Assembly: GCA_977862235.1 (NCBI GenBank)
Contig: OZ374558.1
Location: 1,922,001-1,986,000 of the forward strand
Reading direction: 5' to 3'
DNA length: 64,000 nucleotides
From: Dudresnaya verticillata
Lineage: Eukaryota
The stretch's first letter is position 1. Each line of letters starts with the position of its first letter. Shown here piece by piece: positions 47,132-61,148 of this stretch. The notes beneath the pieces were generated by a model, which made no database searches, was not told the DNA's origin, and worked only from the letters and a program-made list of their open reading frames with translations. Both the position numbers and the translations under genes were made by a program.

Positions 47132-48259
47132 CTACATACTACCGATAATGTCTTGGAGCACCCTGTAATCTTCGTCTTGAACGTCAGAAACACTCTCTAA
47201 GTACGTAAAGTATTCCTGTATGGCAGGAGGCACTGAGCTACACAGGCGAGTGATCGGGGTTCTGAGCTTCATCATTAAAATCTCATCTGCTTCGATATCC
47301 TGATCCCAAATTAATTTGCCTTGCAGCATGTGTAGAAGTACATATCCTAAGCTTTCAAATTCATCGGCTGGAGACTGAACGTGATGGCAATGTGCAGCTA
47401 TTGGGGCATATATCAACGTCCCGACGAACGGCACCTCAACCTGCTCAGCTTCTTGAAAGAAACATGATGTACCAAAATCGATTACATGTATGTAGTTGAG
47501 GTTGTCTCGATCGAACACAATATTTGCAGGTTTAAGGTCGCGGTGAAGATAGCCAAGACCATGCAATTTTCGAAGGCGATGGAGCACCTGGATTCCGATA
47601 CTAGCTGTGAGTTTGGCAGATAGGCGCCCTCCACTTACATCCATGAGAGATTCGATAGAGGGACCATGCAAGTTCATGACCATAAAAGGATAGCCCGAAT
47701 GACTTGCGAGATATCTGCAAGGTGGAAAATGTTCCGGATACCTCTCGTTCAATATTCTATAGAGTCCAAATTCCAAATTAACGAATGACGCATCCACTTC
47801 GAGTGGGTTATTTTCCACCTTGACTGCGGCAGTCTCATTTCGGTGCAAATCAAATGCCTCATAGACACCGCCGCATGCGCCGCTACCAATCTTCCTTTTC
47901 AGAGCCCACCGGCCAGCTAGAAGCTCGCCTTCGAATGCAGGCGCGCGCACTGGATGACTCAGCTCTTCTTCAGATTGCATTTTTTGTTGTCTCACCTGAC
48001 CCGTGGCAGCGCCGGTAGGTAACTCGTATGCCTCTTTTGACAATCTAGCTTCCACAATATTCTTGCTTTCAATGACATGGTTTTTTTCAATCGGCTTCAA
48101 ATCGCGGTTTTGATTTTCATGACGCTTGTCCCCGGAAACATTGATACCCCCAATCTTCAGGTCCTTCATTCTGACTGAGACGAAGATATTCTGGCCCGAG
48201 TTTCGTCCAGCTACAATGGTGCGAAGGGAAGTTTTTTGTTGAGAAAATGCTTGTCCCAT
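47132..48259 (-). CDS. CK1-like kinase, copy 3
   Basis: Translation identical to copy 1. Confidence 0.9.
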   Translation of the reverse strand: MGQAFSQQKTSLRTIVAGRNSGQNIFVSVRMKDLKIGGINVSGDKRHENQNRDLKPIEKNHVIESKNIVEARLSKEAYELPTGAATGQVRQQKMQSEEELSHPVRAPAFEGELLAGRWALKRKIGSGACGGVYEAFDLHRNETAAVKVENNPLEVDASFVNLEFGLYRILNERYPEHFPPCRYLASHSGYPFMVMNLHGPSIESLMDVSGGRLSAKLTASIGIQVLHRLRKLHGLGYLHRDLKPANIVFDRDNLNYIHVIDFGTSCFFQEAEQVEVPFVGTLIYAPIAAHCHHVQSPADEFESLGYVLLHMLQGKLIWDQDIEADEILMMKLRTPITRLCSSVPPAIQEYFTYLESVSDVQDEDYRVLQDIIGSM

Positions 48260-49206
48260 ATTTGCGTTCTGATTTGAATACTCTGTGGCTCGAATGCTGT
48301 TCCGAAACGTTGCGGAAGAAAGCTTTGATAAGCACTTATTGACGGGGTGTTCTTTGGAGAGCTTGTTTTTCTCAAGAAAGTTTATGTATAAAATGAACTC
48401 TAGCGTCATTACGGCACGGCCCAAACCTTTTTTCCTTTTTTTCTATATTTGTGACAGCACTTGGGAATCACACCTACAGTGGCAATAAACTTTATTGGGA
48501 GCATGGTACCATCATTGCAGGCATCACAGAAGTCACGAAAAGATTACTCGGTCTTGGAACGCGTTTGCCACGTCACACACAAGCATCCAACAGTATACTC
48601 ACAGAATATGTAGGATGTGCTCGACCTGGGTAGACAGCATTTAGCACATTATCGATAAAATGAAGTCGGCAGATAGTTAGACGTGAACACGAGCAGTTGT
48701 TCTTCAACGTAAATTCCGGAGTGTAACCCTTTCTTAATTGTGTCCATAAAGAGAAGGCCTTTTTTGTCAACTAATGTCCCACCCAAACGACAAGGGTTGC
48801 TGTAGCCGTTGTTCTATAATGAAGGATGACAAATACTTTCTTTACAGCAACAAGTTTCCCATGGCGGACATCTCGGCCATGTTTTCTACGACATGGGTTT
48901 ATTCGCGCAGTTGCAGAACGCCTCCACGTCGTATCTTTATTACGGCATTTTAATGCAACAACCTTTTTGTTTCAGCGCTGTCGCACACTCAGCGCATTTT
49001 TTGTGCCGTCCTCCTATTCTATTGCCTACGATATTCGCAAGTAGCGTAGCCATATCCAACCGTTGTGAAAAAGAAGCCATGTCGAATTGCCGACTCCTTC
49101 CATTTTTAGTATTATTTTTAACGCAGTCGTACCTGATTCGTCCAGTCGCCTCATTCGCATCGCCGATTGGCCGTGCGCGATTTGATCCCAGATATTTTGT
49201 ACAGAG

Positions 49207-49683
49207 AGAGAGAGACCTTTATTAAACAACAAGAGAGAAGCCCCTTAAGGGGGCTTAGGATTCAGAGCTACCATAAAGAGGCGGAGGAGCAAGCTTGCGG
49301 CGGTTGACACTCACCGCCACGCATTGGAGAACTAAAGAGAGTAAACGAGTAGTGAGGCGAAGTTTCTCCGTAGACGGAGAGGTCCCGCGCTTGCTGGCAA
49401 TGAAATTAGCAATACGTTGGGCGCCAACTTCAAAGCCAGATCCAACACGGCCATAGACATCTACAACCATAGGATGGATAACCATATCCAAACTAGCGCA
49501 CACGCGGCGGTAATGAGAGCGTTTGACACGTTCGCGAGCTGCAATGGCTTGGCCAGCAACGCGACCAGTGGAACCATGAATAGAATGGGGACTGACGACC
49601 GAGACATCAAATCCATGGGGGTGAGGGGCAAAGCCACGATCATCAACGAAAATATCCATACGCAGTTGGTCACGTGGATCAAC
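49207..49683 (-). mobile_element. Truncated RLE element, single copy in unit 3
   Basis: Same as 4592-5068 at +44615. Confidence 0.9.
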
Positions 49684-51950
49684 AGTATTATTTTTAACGC
49701 AGTCGTACCTGATTCGCCCAGTCGCCTCATTCTCATCGCCGATTGGCCGTGCGCGATTTGATCCCAGATATTTTGTACAGAGCGCGGAGCGACGCCGAGC
49801 GGCAATCGCTCCAATCACCTCCATCCCGGCCGTGATACCTCCTCAGCCCACAAGTCCCACTACCGCCTTCGTCAACCTCGTGTTCTCGTCCGAGTCGCGC
49901 CAGCGCCCTTTTCAGACAGCGACGAAAAGAGCACGTGCCCTTGAATCGAGCGTGTGATCAAGCGTCAACCGGGAGGCGGAATCGGCGCGCGTGGGGAATA
50001 GCAGGGAGGCGACAACCGCGGCAGCCATGGAGTCACCGTCGTTGTGCGGGAGGTTGAACGAACTTGCTCTGCGAAACAAATATGTAACGGTGAGCTGAGC
50101 AAGGCACCGCCTGGTTGTGAAGATCTCGCCACCGCCAGGAGAGGGTGCCGTTGGTGAGGCCGAGTTTCTCCTGTTCCATCGGACTCAATAGTCTGGCCCG
50201 ACCACATGCGACAAGTGGAAGCGGCCTGCCAATGACATTGCTTCGTGTTTTACGTCTAATACCACTCTGTATGGGACATAAAGGACCGTTGTGGGCGGAG
50301 AATGAGAGAGGCATAACATAAGCGGTTCTACCGTGCAATACTCTTCTCGAGATTTGCCTACATGACGAATCAGTTTTTGTTTTTCTACTGCAACGAGTCC
50401 AGAAAGTGTGAGATCATGGACCTTGACGTGATCACATGGCGTTTCGATGACGATGATACCTAAGAGAGCGCGTCTTGTCAACGACGTTCCTGGGTTTATG
50501 CTCCAAGGCGTATGGTAACGAAGGTAATGCTCGCCTGTTACTGCGCACGCGGGATACAAGTAGAGGCACGCACCTCCCACCACCCAACAACCAAGATGAC
50601 CGATCAGAATCACCCCACCAAACACAGCCGTCTATCGACAGGGGCCGAACAAAATCGAACTTCTTGGATCCGCGCAACCTAGTCGCTGAGATGCACCAAA
50701 CCTTGTTCATCATGACCGATGCTACAAATCCGGACAAAAGGATGCAGTTTCTCGAAGCAGTCGTTTCTCGAAGCAGGCGTTTCTCGAAGCAGGCGTTTCT
50801 CAAAGCAGGCTAGACGGAGCTAGCGCAGGGAAAGCTCCAGTATTACCGCTATCTCGAAGACCACCTCCCGGTACATATACATTTCGATATGGCCGAAATG
50901 TGCATCCCACAAAGTGTGATCCTGGCGCCCCTCCTGTGCAGAGGGAGGGGCTTTTTCGTCGATCCGGCGCGGAGAGAGAGGAATACAGCTGCTCACGATT
51001 TGGTGCAGATTACAATCGCGCTGCAGAAGCAATACGGTCGCGGACATTGTTCGCAAAGACACATCCTCGTTCTGCGTCGAGAAGAATATAATGAAGAAGG
51101 CGTTGGCTTCTTGGTAGGAAGGCTGCAAGACGTGTGGCTCTATCCCGTAGATCCGTTGAGGGATTGTGCGCTGGGTCCGACACGCCACTGTCGCACCTTA
51201 CGCCCCGGCTTCGGTGGGGTTGGGCGGCGAGGCGCAGCACATGCGCCGTCCCGCAATGGGCACATTTGGTTGGACGTATGGTGCGACAGGTGTCCTAACA
51301 GGAAGCTCTGCACCGTTTGATTGGCTCAAGTTCGAAGCACGTCGTCTTCCGAACCGCCTCCGTCGCTCAGCACGCATTGACACGCATTGCCACTGCAGGT
51401 GCGCAGCAGCATTGCATTCCACTGCATTCCAGCTATGCCACATTTCAGCACTACCTCTTCAAATTGCGTACAAACGTGCACTGTAGCACATCCGTACCTC
51501 CCCCACATTGATCCTCCGCCATGACGTGATTCTGTTCCTAACATCGCGATTTCCCGCTCCAAAACCGCCGCGCTGTCGCCGAGGTCACCGCCGACACCGT
51601 TCACCGCCAATCGCGGGAGCGTCTTCGTCCAAACCCTACTCCCGCCCGCTACAGGCGCCATTCCCGCGTGTCACGCCCACCCGGCCGTCGCATCCGCCCC
51701 CACCATTCTCTCGTCACGCCCACCCGCGCCAAGACCGCGAAAAAAACCGCCCGCAACTTATAATGCCCGGTCCCCCCTGCTCCGCCTCACCACACCCCTC
51801 GCCTCCCTTCCAAGTTTCAAGCACATCCCCCACCGTCTTCGAACGCTCGTACACACCCGCACAACCGTTGCCAGCCCTCTCTCTCTGTCCCCTCATCTCT
51901 CCCCGCCGCTGCCTCGAACCTGCCCTCCACCTCGCAACGGCAACCTCACC

Positions 51951-52841
51951 ATGAACTTCCAGCACAACGACCCGCCGCTTCCGTCCTCCTCCGCCCCGGC
52001 CCCGGCCCTGGCCTCTACCTCGTCCCCGACCTCGGCCCCGGCCTCCGCCTCGGCCTCGGCCCCGGCCTCGGCCCCGGCCTCTGCTGCCGACCAGATCCAC
52101 ATCCAGCTGGGCAGGATCGATGCCCCGATGCCCCGAAGAGAGCCAAGGCCAGTCGTGCCAGCCCGCACCTCCCCGCCGAGAAGGGCAAGGCAGAGTTGGC
52201 CGCAGCAATCGCCGCCAATTATCAGGATCCGGGCCGCAACGTCAAGGATAGATTCAAGCGCACCGTCGCTGGGTGCAACAATTCCTTCCTGTCCAGGTAC
52301 AACCTCAAAGCCCTACAGATGTACGGAGTCTGGTTGATGCGCGTGCGAGCTTGGTGAGCGTGGTTGATGCGCGTGCGAGCTTGGTGAGCGTGGTTGATGC
52401 GCGTGCGAGCACGCGCATCAACCAGACTCCGTACATCTGCAAGGAGACCAACTGCGGTAAGCGGTTCAAGTGGAAGAGCAGCTTGTTACATCATTGCAGG
52501 TCCCACGGCGTCAAGCGCCTCGCTCGCTTACAATCATGAGAGTCAGAGTCAGGGCGCGGCGAGCGCGGGCGCAGCTGCCGCGCATGCTGCAAAGCTGTCC
52601 TAGCAGCACAACCCCGGTCACATCAACTCCGCTCACATCGCCATTGTCGATGGGCCGCGTGCAAGCGAGCCGGTCAACGCCACGGCCGCAGGCGTTCCAT
52701 CTGGCAATGCGCCGCGGGTCTGAATGGAGTGATCGGGTTTGGAGACCTGATGCGCCGGATCGTATGGGCGCTGATCAGCTTCCGGGTGAGCACGTGGAGA
52801 GTTTCATGCAGGGTGACCTCATTCCTGGGCAGCATAACTAA
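51951..52841 (+). pseudogene. C2H2 zinc-finger pseudogene, copy 3
   Basis: Same sequence at +44615. Confidence 0.8.
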
Positions 52842-53746
52842 GAAGCAGATGCGGGAGGAGCTCAACAATTAACATTGTAGCACTAATCGACTGTAGATTA
52901 ACTTGTCTCACCCCGTTTCGCTTCTCCCTGTTGTGAATACTCTTGTGGATATCTGCTTTTGTTTGTTTTGTAAATCTCACTGTGTTTGGAGCGCTAGCTG
53001 CGCTCGATCTCGTGTATATCGCTTTACTCTTCTGTTGCCACTGGGAGCGCGGCCACTACCTCTGCGATCGGTGCGAGGACGAATCTCAGATGTTTGGTTG
53101 AGAACGAATGGATTATGAATGGTCTATGACGCTTGCGTTGAGAGGGTTGGAGGTGGGCGGCATGCTCGCTCAAAAGTTCACGCTTCGTGTTAAAGCTTCG
53201 CTGGGTAAGGAGAGGGGGTTGGGGGCGGCGAATGGGAAGGTTCGTAAATGCCACCTCACTGCGAGCTTCCGCTCGCGGTTATCGGCAAGTCGGAGGGCGG
53301 AAGGCAGGGTATGCCTGGACAATACGGGTGCGCTTCGCGGGCTTGCCAGGGACGTTTACCATTCGGCTCAGATGGAGGCTGGAATGTCGGCATAGCGTGA
53401 GGGGCAGCGGAGGTATTCCTGGAGTATCGATAAGGGGAGCATATGGACAGCGTTGCGTTGATTGTTTGCTGTGTGTGCCGGCAGGCAGGCGGCAGTGGGC
53501 TTGCGCGAGCGCGCGAGTTTCCGCAGTCCTGCGGATAGCTTGTGTTGGATGGATACCGCGGTTTGCCCTTTGCCTCGGGGACCGGAAGGCTGGATCGTGG
53601 GAAAACGTCTTTTTTTACGGCTAGCTCAGGCCAGGGCATTGGATGACTTGGAGTTTTGCAGAGTATCAGAAACTGGCGCGAAAAGTTTGCCGTGGAAACT
53701 CGAGAACAAATTCGTCGGCCGCTTCCAGTCTTGACGAAACGCCCGC

Positions 53747-54856
53747 ATGCTGGGAAAGTTTCTTAACACGTTTATGGGCCTTTCCGCCCATCTGCGTTGC
53801 TTTTCCGCACCCCTGCTACATCAACCTGCTACATTCGCCCACCGTTTTCTCTCTCATAGACCTCCTCTCCCTTTCCACGCAGCCTCCGCTCGAGTCGCAC
53901 GTCAGTTGGCGTGTCAACCCATCGGTCCCAAACTGTTCCCAGCCTGCAACCACACCACCGCCGACAAGATGAACTCCCTTGCAAAGGCCGGCCCTGGTCA
54001 CCCACAAACAACTGCGATCACCGGGGCTGGACCAAAGCCTCAGAAACGCCATTCCGCCAAGCCCAACAAGGAGACCTCGTATCTCGACAAAAGGGCATCG
54101 AGCAAGGTCTGTTCAGGCCAAACGGAGCTCACAGCACGGGTGCCCACTGCGCTTGAGCATTCTGATGCATCACGTGCTCAGAAGGATAGTGTGGTCAGTA
54201 ATGAGGGCGGCAAACTTCAGCAAAAGCGTCGCTCTTGTAGAGAGGCATACAAACTTGCGGGCTTCCGTCTACCCGAGAAACGACTTCCGATGCCTGATCC
54301 GCTCCCTCTCAAGCCCGTTGTGCGTTTCGCAAAGCCCAGCAGCAAAACTCTGTGGTCCGTGATTCGAGACGATGAGTGCAAGTTGGAAGAGTTGTTCAAG
54401 CGACTTTCCAACCGTCCAGTCTACAACCCCGAAGCGCAAAGGCAGGTTCTCGACATCAGTAAGAAATGCTTCGACGCTGTGTCCCAACGCCGTGAAGTTA
54501 TCAAAGGGGAGCTGAAGTCGTACCAAGAGAAGCTCGTGGTTGTCTGCGATCGGGAGACGAACGCAAACACAAGCGGTAACAAGAAGAGCTCGAATTCGTG
54601 GCAGGTAGTCGAGGAGCGATCATCTGCCACGAAAACCAAGAGGATCGAAGAGGACATTGGGCATCTCCAGAGGATTCTCCGGGAACAGGACGGATTGTAC
54701 CACTCCATTCGATACCAGCGTCGGGATGTAAAGCGCGAGATTGGAGTCGTTAAGGGAAGAATTTGGGATGCTTGCAAGAGGCATTGGAAAGCTCAAAATG
54801 CCTGGTTTCTCAATGAAAGGATCTTCAGCGCTCAGAGAAGCATGGGGAAGAAGTGA
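53747..54856 (+). CDS. Hypothetical protein, copy 4
   Basis: Identical translation. Confidence 0.55.
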   Translation: MLGKFLNTFMGLSAHLRCFSAPLLHQPATFAHRFLSHRPPLPFHAASARVARQLACQPIGPKLFPACNHTTADKMNSLAKAGPGHPQTTAITGAGPKPQKRHSAKPNKETSYLDKRASSKVCSGQTELTARVPTALEHSDASRAQKDSVVSNEGGKLQQKRRSCREAYKLAGFRLPEKRLPMPDPLPLKPVVRFAKPSSKTLWSVIRDDECKLEELFKRLSNRPVYNPEAQRQVLDISKKCFDAVSQRREVIKGELKSYQEKLVVVCDRETNANTSGNKKSSNSWQVVEERSSATKTKRIEEDIGHLQRILREQDGLYHSIRYQRRDVKREIGVVKGRIWDACKRHWKAQNAWFLNERIFSAQRSMGKK

Positions 54857-57800
54857 TGGCTTCGTTGTTGACCTCACAGATACTAAGCGGTTTAACAGTG
54901 ATATCTGGATCAAGTCTCCAGTCGCTACCGGGATATTGTCCGGCACTTGGTGAGAAAGTTTGGATACTGTTTGTTTGTAGTACTACGCCATCAGGTTGCT
55001 CTTGTGATTCCTTTCGTCGAAGCAGACGCACTCCAAACCAGCATGATTAAACTAATACTAAGGTACCACTCCTGTCGGTATCCGCACTAAATCTCGAGCG
55101 GCACGTTACCCATGCCCATATACTAACGAACTCGGCAGTCTTTCCCCTCCAACAATAACCGCAACCGCTCCTGCCCGCTCGGAGCACAACACTGCCGAAC
55201 TCCGGCGTGACCTCCGTCATCTCCGCCGCTTATCATTTCTATCTACTGAGGCTAAGCGCGACCAACTATGCATGGAAGTCTATTTTGACGATCCAGCCTT
55301 TGCAAATCGCGCCTGTCCCAAGGCTTTGAAGTCTCTATGGTCAGTCTCCGTTCTCCCCACCTTCGCTCAGCTCGCTCCTCCCTAGGGCGCTATTGCGTTA
55401 CGGGAAAAAGGCGAAACGCATACACTATCGCCTGTTATGTCCCCACAATGACATCGACTTTCATCCTATGGCCATGGATACCTACGCCTTCATTTTCTCT
55501 GGTATTCCACTGTCGTGCCCAACGGATCGCCAACTTCAAGCCGACCAAAAAGGGCACTTCTCTGATGAATACAGTTAACTTTGGCCTCGTTCGTTCATCG
55601 ATTTCAAGTCTTCCACGACGTAAACCGCTAACCGTAAGACGTAAAACGTAAGGCGCAAACCGTAAACATAGACTGTTCACAACAGAGAGCGAGGGCTTTC
55701 AGACCGGATCTTGCTTTCAGACGACCTTCTGGAGAAGGTTGTCCATGCTGTAGCACCATCAATCTTCGTTGTCCTAGGGGCTGTCTGGGCGTCGTGTGCA
55801 CAGACAAGAATGCTACGAGAGGCTATGCGCAAGGCCACTTTTCTGTTTGTAGCACAGCGGACAGCGGACATTGCGCAAAGAAGGATAAAAGTACGTAATT
55901 TGCATACAGTGGCACATCAACGCTTTGGGTATCTGGTACCGTCGCCGTACCGTCGTGGTCTCGTCATGGTCCCGTCGTGGTCTCGTCATGGTCCCGCCAT
56001 GGTCCCGCCATGGTACACCGCCATGGTACCGTCGTCGCCCCGTCGTCGCCCCGTCGTCGCCCCGTCGTCGCCCCTTCATCGTCCAATCGTCGTCCCGTCG
56101 TCGTCGCGTCGTCGTCTCGTCGTCATTCAATCGTGGTCCACTCGTCGTCCAGTCGGCAGTGATGGCCATAGCGGCGTTTTACAGCGTTAACGGCGACGAG
56201 CACTCTGAATGTTTCTCTTCTCTGACACCGGCACGGCTGAAAGTGCCTCAATGGAGTGGAAAAGCCTCGAAAAGACGAAATGGCGTGCGTCTTGGCACCG
56301 AAACGGCCCGGCGTCTAGGCCCGTCGATGTCCAGCCGTTCTGTGTGTACTTGAGCGTACACGACCCGACTGACTTCAACCGACTGTGTATCCCATCAGCC
56401 ACCACGATGAACACGTCCGCTCAACCACCTGGGATCTAGCACTGGAACAGGCTGCGGCAGGTTGTACAGCGTGTTACACGCGTTGACTGCGCAATTGACA
56501 GCGCAGCTGATGGCACATGGCAACGCTGGCGACGCAGCTGACGGCGCTCTTGCCACTACGCTCTGCACAACTTGGTAACGTCACCAAGGCGATGAAGCAC
56601 ACATCTCGGGTTCTCTATGTGAGGTTTCGTCACTTCTCCGGTGTCACAAAATGGAACCGGCAAAATATGTTTGCAATGTTGTGGAGTGAGCGTCTAGCTA
56701 CCAAACTGCTGTGTATGCAAGAGCACTCTGTGTTGACTGGTACGCCTTAAACCTGCACGCGGTTCGTTCCCAAGGAATGCCAAACTCTGGTACCAGCACA
56801 TTCGACAGCTCAAGAGCCAGGGCCCTTATGCGATGCGAGGGGTTCATACTGTTATACTCTCACGCTGCGCTTAGCTTATGAGGCCTTCCGTGATCAGTCA
56901 AGACTCGCATGGTCTCATCTTTTGTAGCGCGTCAATGCATTGTTCATGTGGACAGTTTTCAAATGGACATTGTTCACATGGAAATAGGGGCAGGGCTTCT
57001 ACCAGCCAAATAAACCGCTAATATTGGAACCCCATTGTTCCATCTCTTTCAAGATTGCATAGTCCTATCCATCTCATCGACCTCAGCGACCTGAAGAACG
57101 TAAATATTGTGTTGCATCGATTAGAGGTCCTCGTTTCAATATTATTTCAATTCGTGACCCGCTCTGTGCACACCCACATACCTCAGGATATAGCCAACTT
57201 TCAAACATAGATATTGGATATCACAATACCACTTACTAATACTTTCATGCCCCATTGCGCCGACCACGTGCCAGGGTGCCAATTGCCAAAGGTCAAACAT
57301 ACAATAGCTGCAGCTGGCGGACGATCTGAGTTAAACAAGGCACGCAACTGCATGACGAACTGGCGACGTTGCTGTCTCCTGAGCCCTACGCCCACTACGT
57401 TCTACGGTTGCGCGAGGATGGCCCCAGCCAGATGAATAGCGATACGCTTCGGGAGTTGCTCTACATACAAATCTTCTAGGATCTAGACCACCTCTGAACC
57501 GAAGCTGAGAGTCATATGCAGAAACGCGCTCCATGTTGCAGATCGCGCAGATCCCATACTCGGCCATGAGAGCGGAATCTTAAGTATGGCACAACGTTTG
57601 AACGCATGACGGCGACGGCGATGATATATTTAGAATCGAACGGATCCCGTTTTCCGCTTGTGGCACAGTGCTCTCCGCAATGTTGCAGCGAAGAATGTGC
57701 TGCCGGATATCTTTCGAAAACGGAGTAGTTTTGTGGAACTTTCCGGCAGCGTCACAATTTCCTAAGACACGGCCAAAAGTAAATCAGAAATTCGTCTTGT

Positions 57801-60800
57801 ACCCTGTTCTAGCACATCATGTAAGTTTGGGGACGGTGCAGTGCCGCAAGCTGGAAACATGACGAGCGGCGCATTGCGTGAGCGAAAATGTGAGCATTGT
57901 CGGGACGTGCGAGATGAGACGAGCCTCGCATGACCGCGCCGCCAGTACCTTCGAAGGTACACCGCACCTCAACGGGATGCTTTCCTGAGATATGCAAGCC
58001 TTGTCGTCCTTATCGCGTTGAAGGCCCACAGTGGCATTCACATGCAGTCCAGTTTTCAACCTGTCTAATAGGCACTGTCAGGTCGTTCACAGAGCAAGGA
58101 GCCACCATGAAGATGGAACAGTGTGTGAGAACGTCGCCCTGCATGATTCAAACCACCCATAGTTCGTGAAAGAGCACGAGCGTGGCAACTTATAGAAGGA
58201 GGGGCGTTGGGTCTTCGCCAAGGTGGTGATGAATCGAACGCTACGCTGTGACTCTACCGCAGAGCCCCAAGAATATTCTTCGGTATGTTTTTCTGGTGCA
58301 CGTTGTATTCTAAACGTACCAAAAACCGAACAATTCCGCTTGTTCATATCGCAACGCACGCCCCACATGCCCAGCTCGCGTCTCAAGAAGCTTGGAGCTC
58401 TGTTCCGCATCGTCCCGCCGCTTCTGCGCCAGCGTATTCTACAAAGCAAGTTCGTGTCTTCCCTCCGCCGCACTGCGCGCTCCACACACCTCCCGGCATC
58501 ATGGCACGCTCGGCAAACTCTACTCGCTCTCCCGAAGCTCCGAAACCCGATTCTGAGCAACGCGATCCAGAACCCGACGACCCCATCCACCCTGCATACT
58601 GACTGCGTTTCCCAATGGCGCTCTGCATTTCCCGGTCCGCGCAAAGCCCCAGTCCCCACCACATCACGCTTTGCCCCGGCGCTGCTACTCCCTGACCACC
58701 GTGACCGCCTGCTTGCTATCAGATGGCACTTATGCACCTTCCCAATCCCACCCCGTTGCCCCTCCTCTTGTAGGGCGCTACGCGCCCATGCCCCCGAGCT
58801 CACGAAGCTCTCGCACGACGCCCTCCAGCCCTCGGACATCCGCTCAGTCTCATTATCGATTGCTGCGATCCGTGACCTATGCTCAGTGGACCACCCTCCC
58901 CCGTTCTCCTTGTCACCCCCGTAACCACCTGCCCGCCCTTTATTGATACCTTGGACCCTAGGGCCGGTGCGCCTGCAAATGGGCCTTTGTTGCCTGCGCA
59001 GGACCACCTAAAACAAAAAACATGAATCATCACTGCCGTTCGCATTATCCTTGATAGGAAATCCCGGCGCCCTGGAGGTGAGCAGGTTGGTTGACACAGC
59101 TGAGGATCGAGCAGGTTGAAATGTGTTTCGCTCAAAGAAGACCGGTACAAGCAGCCTTCAAAGACCGGTTTTGTCCGGGAAGCGGCAGCGGTTCTGGACG
59201 GCGTGACCTTTGTTACATATTAAAGGCCGTCCCCTCTTCAACCTTGTACGGTCGGCGTGTAGTGGGTAATACAACCACATCTCTATGTCGACGTTGCTCA
59301 CCGAACACCTTCTTCATCATTCGAACACCATAGCCGTACAGAGCTTTGCACGAGCCGTCGAAACAGAATTGCACGGATCGCCTGTCGAAGAATCAAGAAC
59401 GGCACCTACTTCGAATTCCATTCCTTCTGTCTATATCAACTGAACCTCGCTAGTCGACATGAAAGCATAGGTAAGATATGTTTTTATAATTGCTCTCCAC
59501 ATCATCATGACGCCGTATAACGGTCTAGTACAGTTAGAATTAGACTTTCTGCATCGTTCCTTCCTCCTGAATTCTGTAACAGAGTGTTTGCCAATCGTGG
59601 AATGGGCCTGGTTGGTCCTCCGAACCTGCTGGAGATCCCTACAAAACCTAAATAGAGCTCTACTAATATCAACGCAACGTGGCTGAGCAAGCTGTTAAAG
59701 AGTCCACCCTTCCGCTGCCGAAACACCCTCGACAACGGATGGGCTTCCTACTTCCACACCCACATACCTCAGGATATAGCCAACTTTCAAACATAGATAT
59801 TGGATATCACAATACCACTTACTAATACTTTCATGCCCCATTGCGCCGACCACGTGCCAGGGCGCCAATTTCCAAAGGTCAAGCATACAATAGCTGCAGC
59901 TGGCGGACGATCTGAGTTAAACAAGGCACGCAACTGCGCGACGAACTGGCGACGTTGCCGTCTCCTGAGCTCTACGCCCACTACGTTCTACGGTTGCGCG
60001 AGGATGGCCCCAGCCAGATGAATAGCGATACGCCTCGAGAGTGGCTCTACATACAAATCTTCTAGGATCTAGACCACCTCTGAACCGAAGCTGAGAGTCA
60101 TATGCAGAAACGCGCTCCAGGTTGCAGATCGCGCAGATCCCGCACTCGGCCATGAGAGCGGAATCTTAAGTATGGAACAACGTGTGAACGCATGACGGCG
60201 ACGGCGATGATATATTGAGAATCGAACGGATCCCGTTTTCCGCTTGTGGCACAGTGCTCTCCGCAATGTTGCAGCGAAGAATGTGCTGCCGGATATCTTT
60301 CGAAAACGGAGTAGTTTTGTGGAACTTTCCGGCAGCGTCACAATTTCCTAAGACACGGCCAAAAGTAAATCAGAAATTCGTCTTGTACCCTGTTTTAGCA
60401 CATCATGTAAGTTTGGGGACGGTGCAGTGCCGCAAGCTGGAAACATGACGAGCGGCGCATTGCGTGAGCGAAAATGTGAGCATTGTCGGGACGTGCGAGA
60501 TGAGACGAGCCTCGCATGACCGCGCCGCCAGTACCTTCGAAGGTACACCGCACCTCAACGGGATGCTTTCCTGAGATATGCAAGCCTTGTCGTCCTTATC
60601 GCGTTGAAGGCCCACAGTGGCATTCACATGCAGTCCAGTTTTCAACCTGTCTAATAGGCACTGTCAGGCCGTTCACGGAGCAAGGAGCCACCATGAAGAT
60701 GGAACAGTGTGTGAGAACGTCGCCCTACATGATTCAAACCACCCATAGTTCGTGAAAGAGCACGAGCGTGGCAACTTATAGAAGGAGGGGCGTTGGGTCT

Positions 60801-61148
60801 TCGCCAAGGTGGTGATGAATCGAACGCTACGCTGTGACTCTACCGCAGAGCCCCAAGAATATTCTTAGGTATGTTTTTCTGGTGCACGTTGTATTCCAAA
60901 CGTACCAAAACCCGAACACTGCCGTTCGCATTATCCTTGGTAGGAGATCCTAGCGGCCTGGAAGTGAGCAGGTTTGTTGACAGAGCTAGGGGCCGAGCGG
61001 GTTGAAATGTTTTTGGCTCAAAGAAGAGCAGTAGAAGCAGCCTTCAAATATCGGCTTTGTCCGGAAACTTGAAAGGGAATGTACTAGTCTATGATCCGAG
61101 TCATCTATACAGCCTTTACGAATCGAAAGAACTAATATGCTGTAGATA

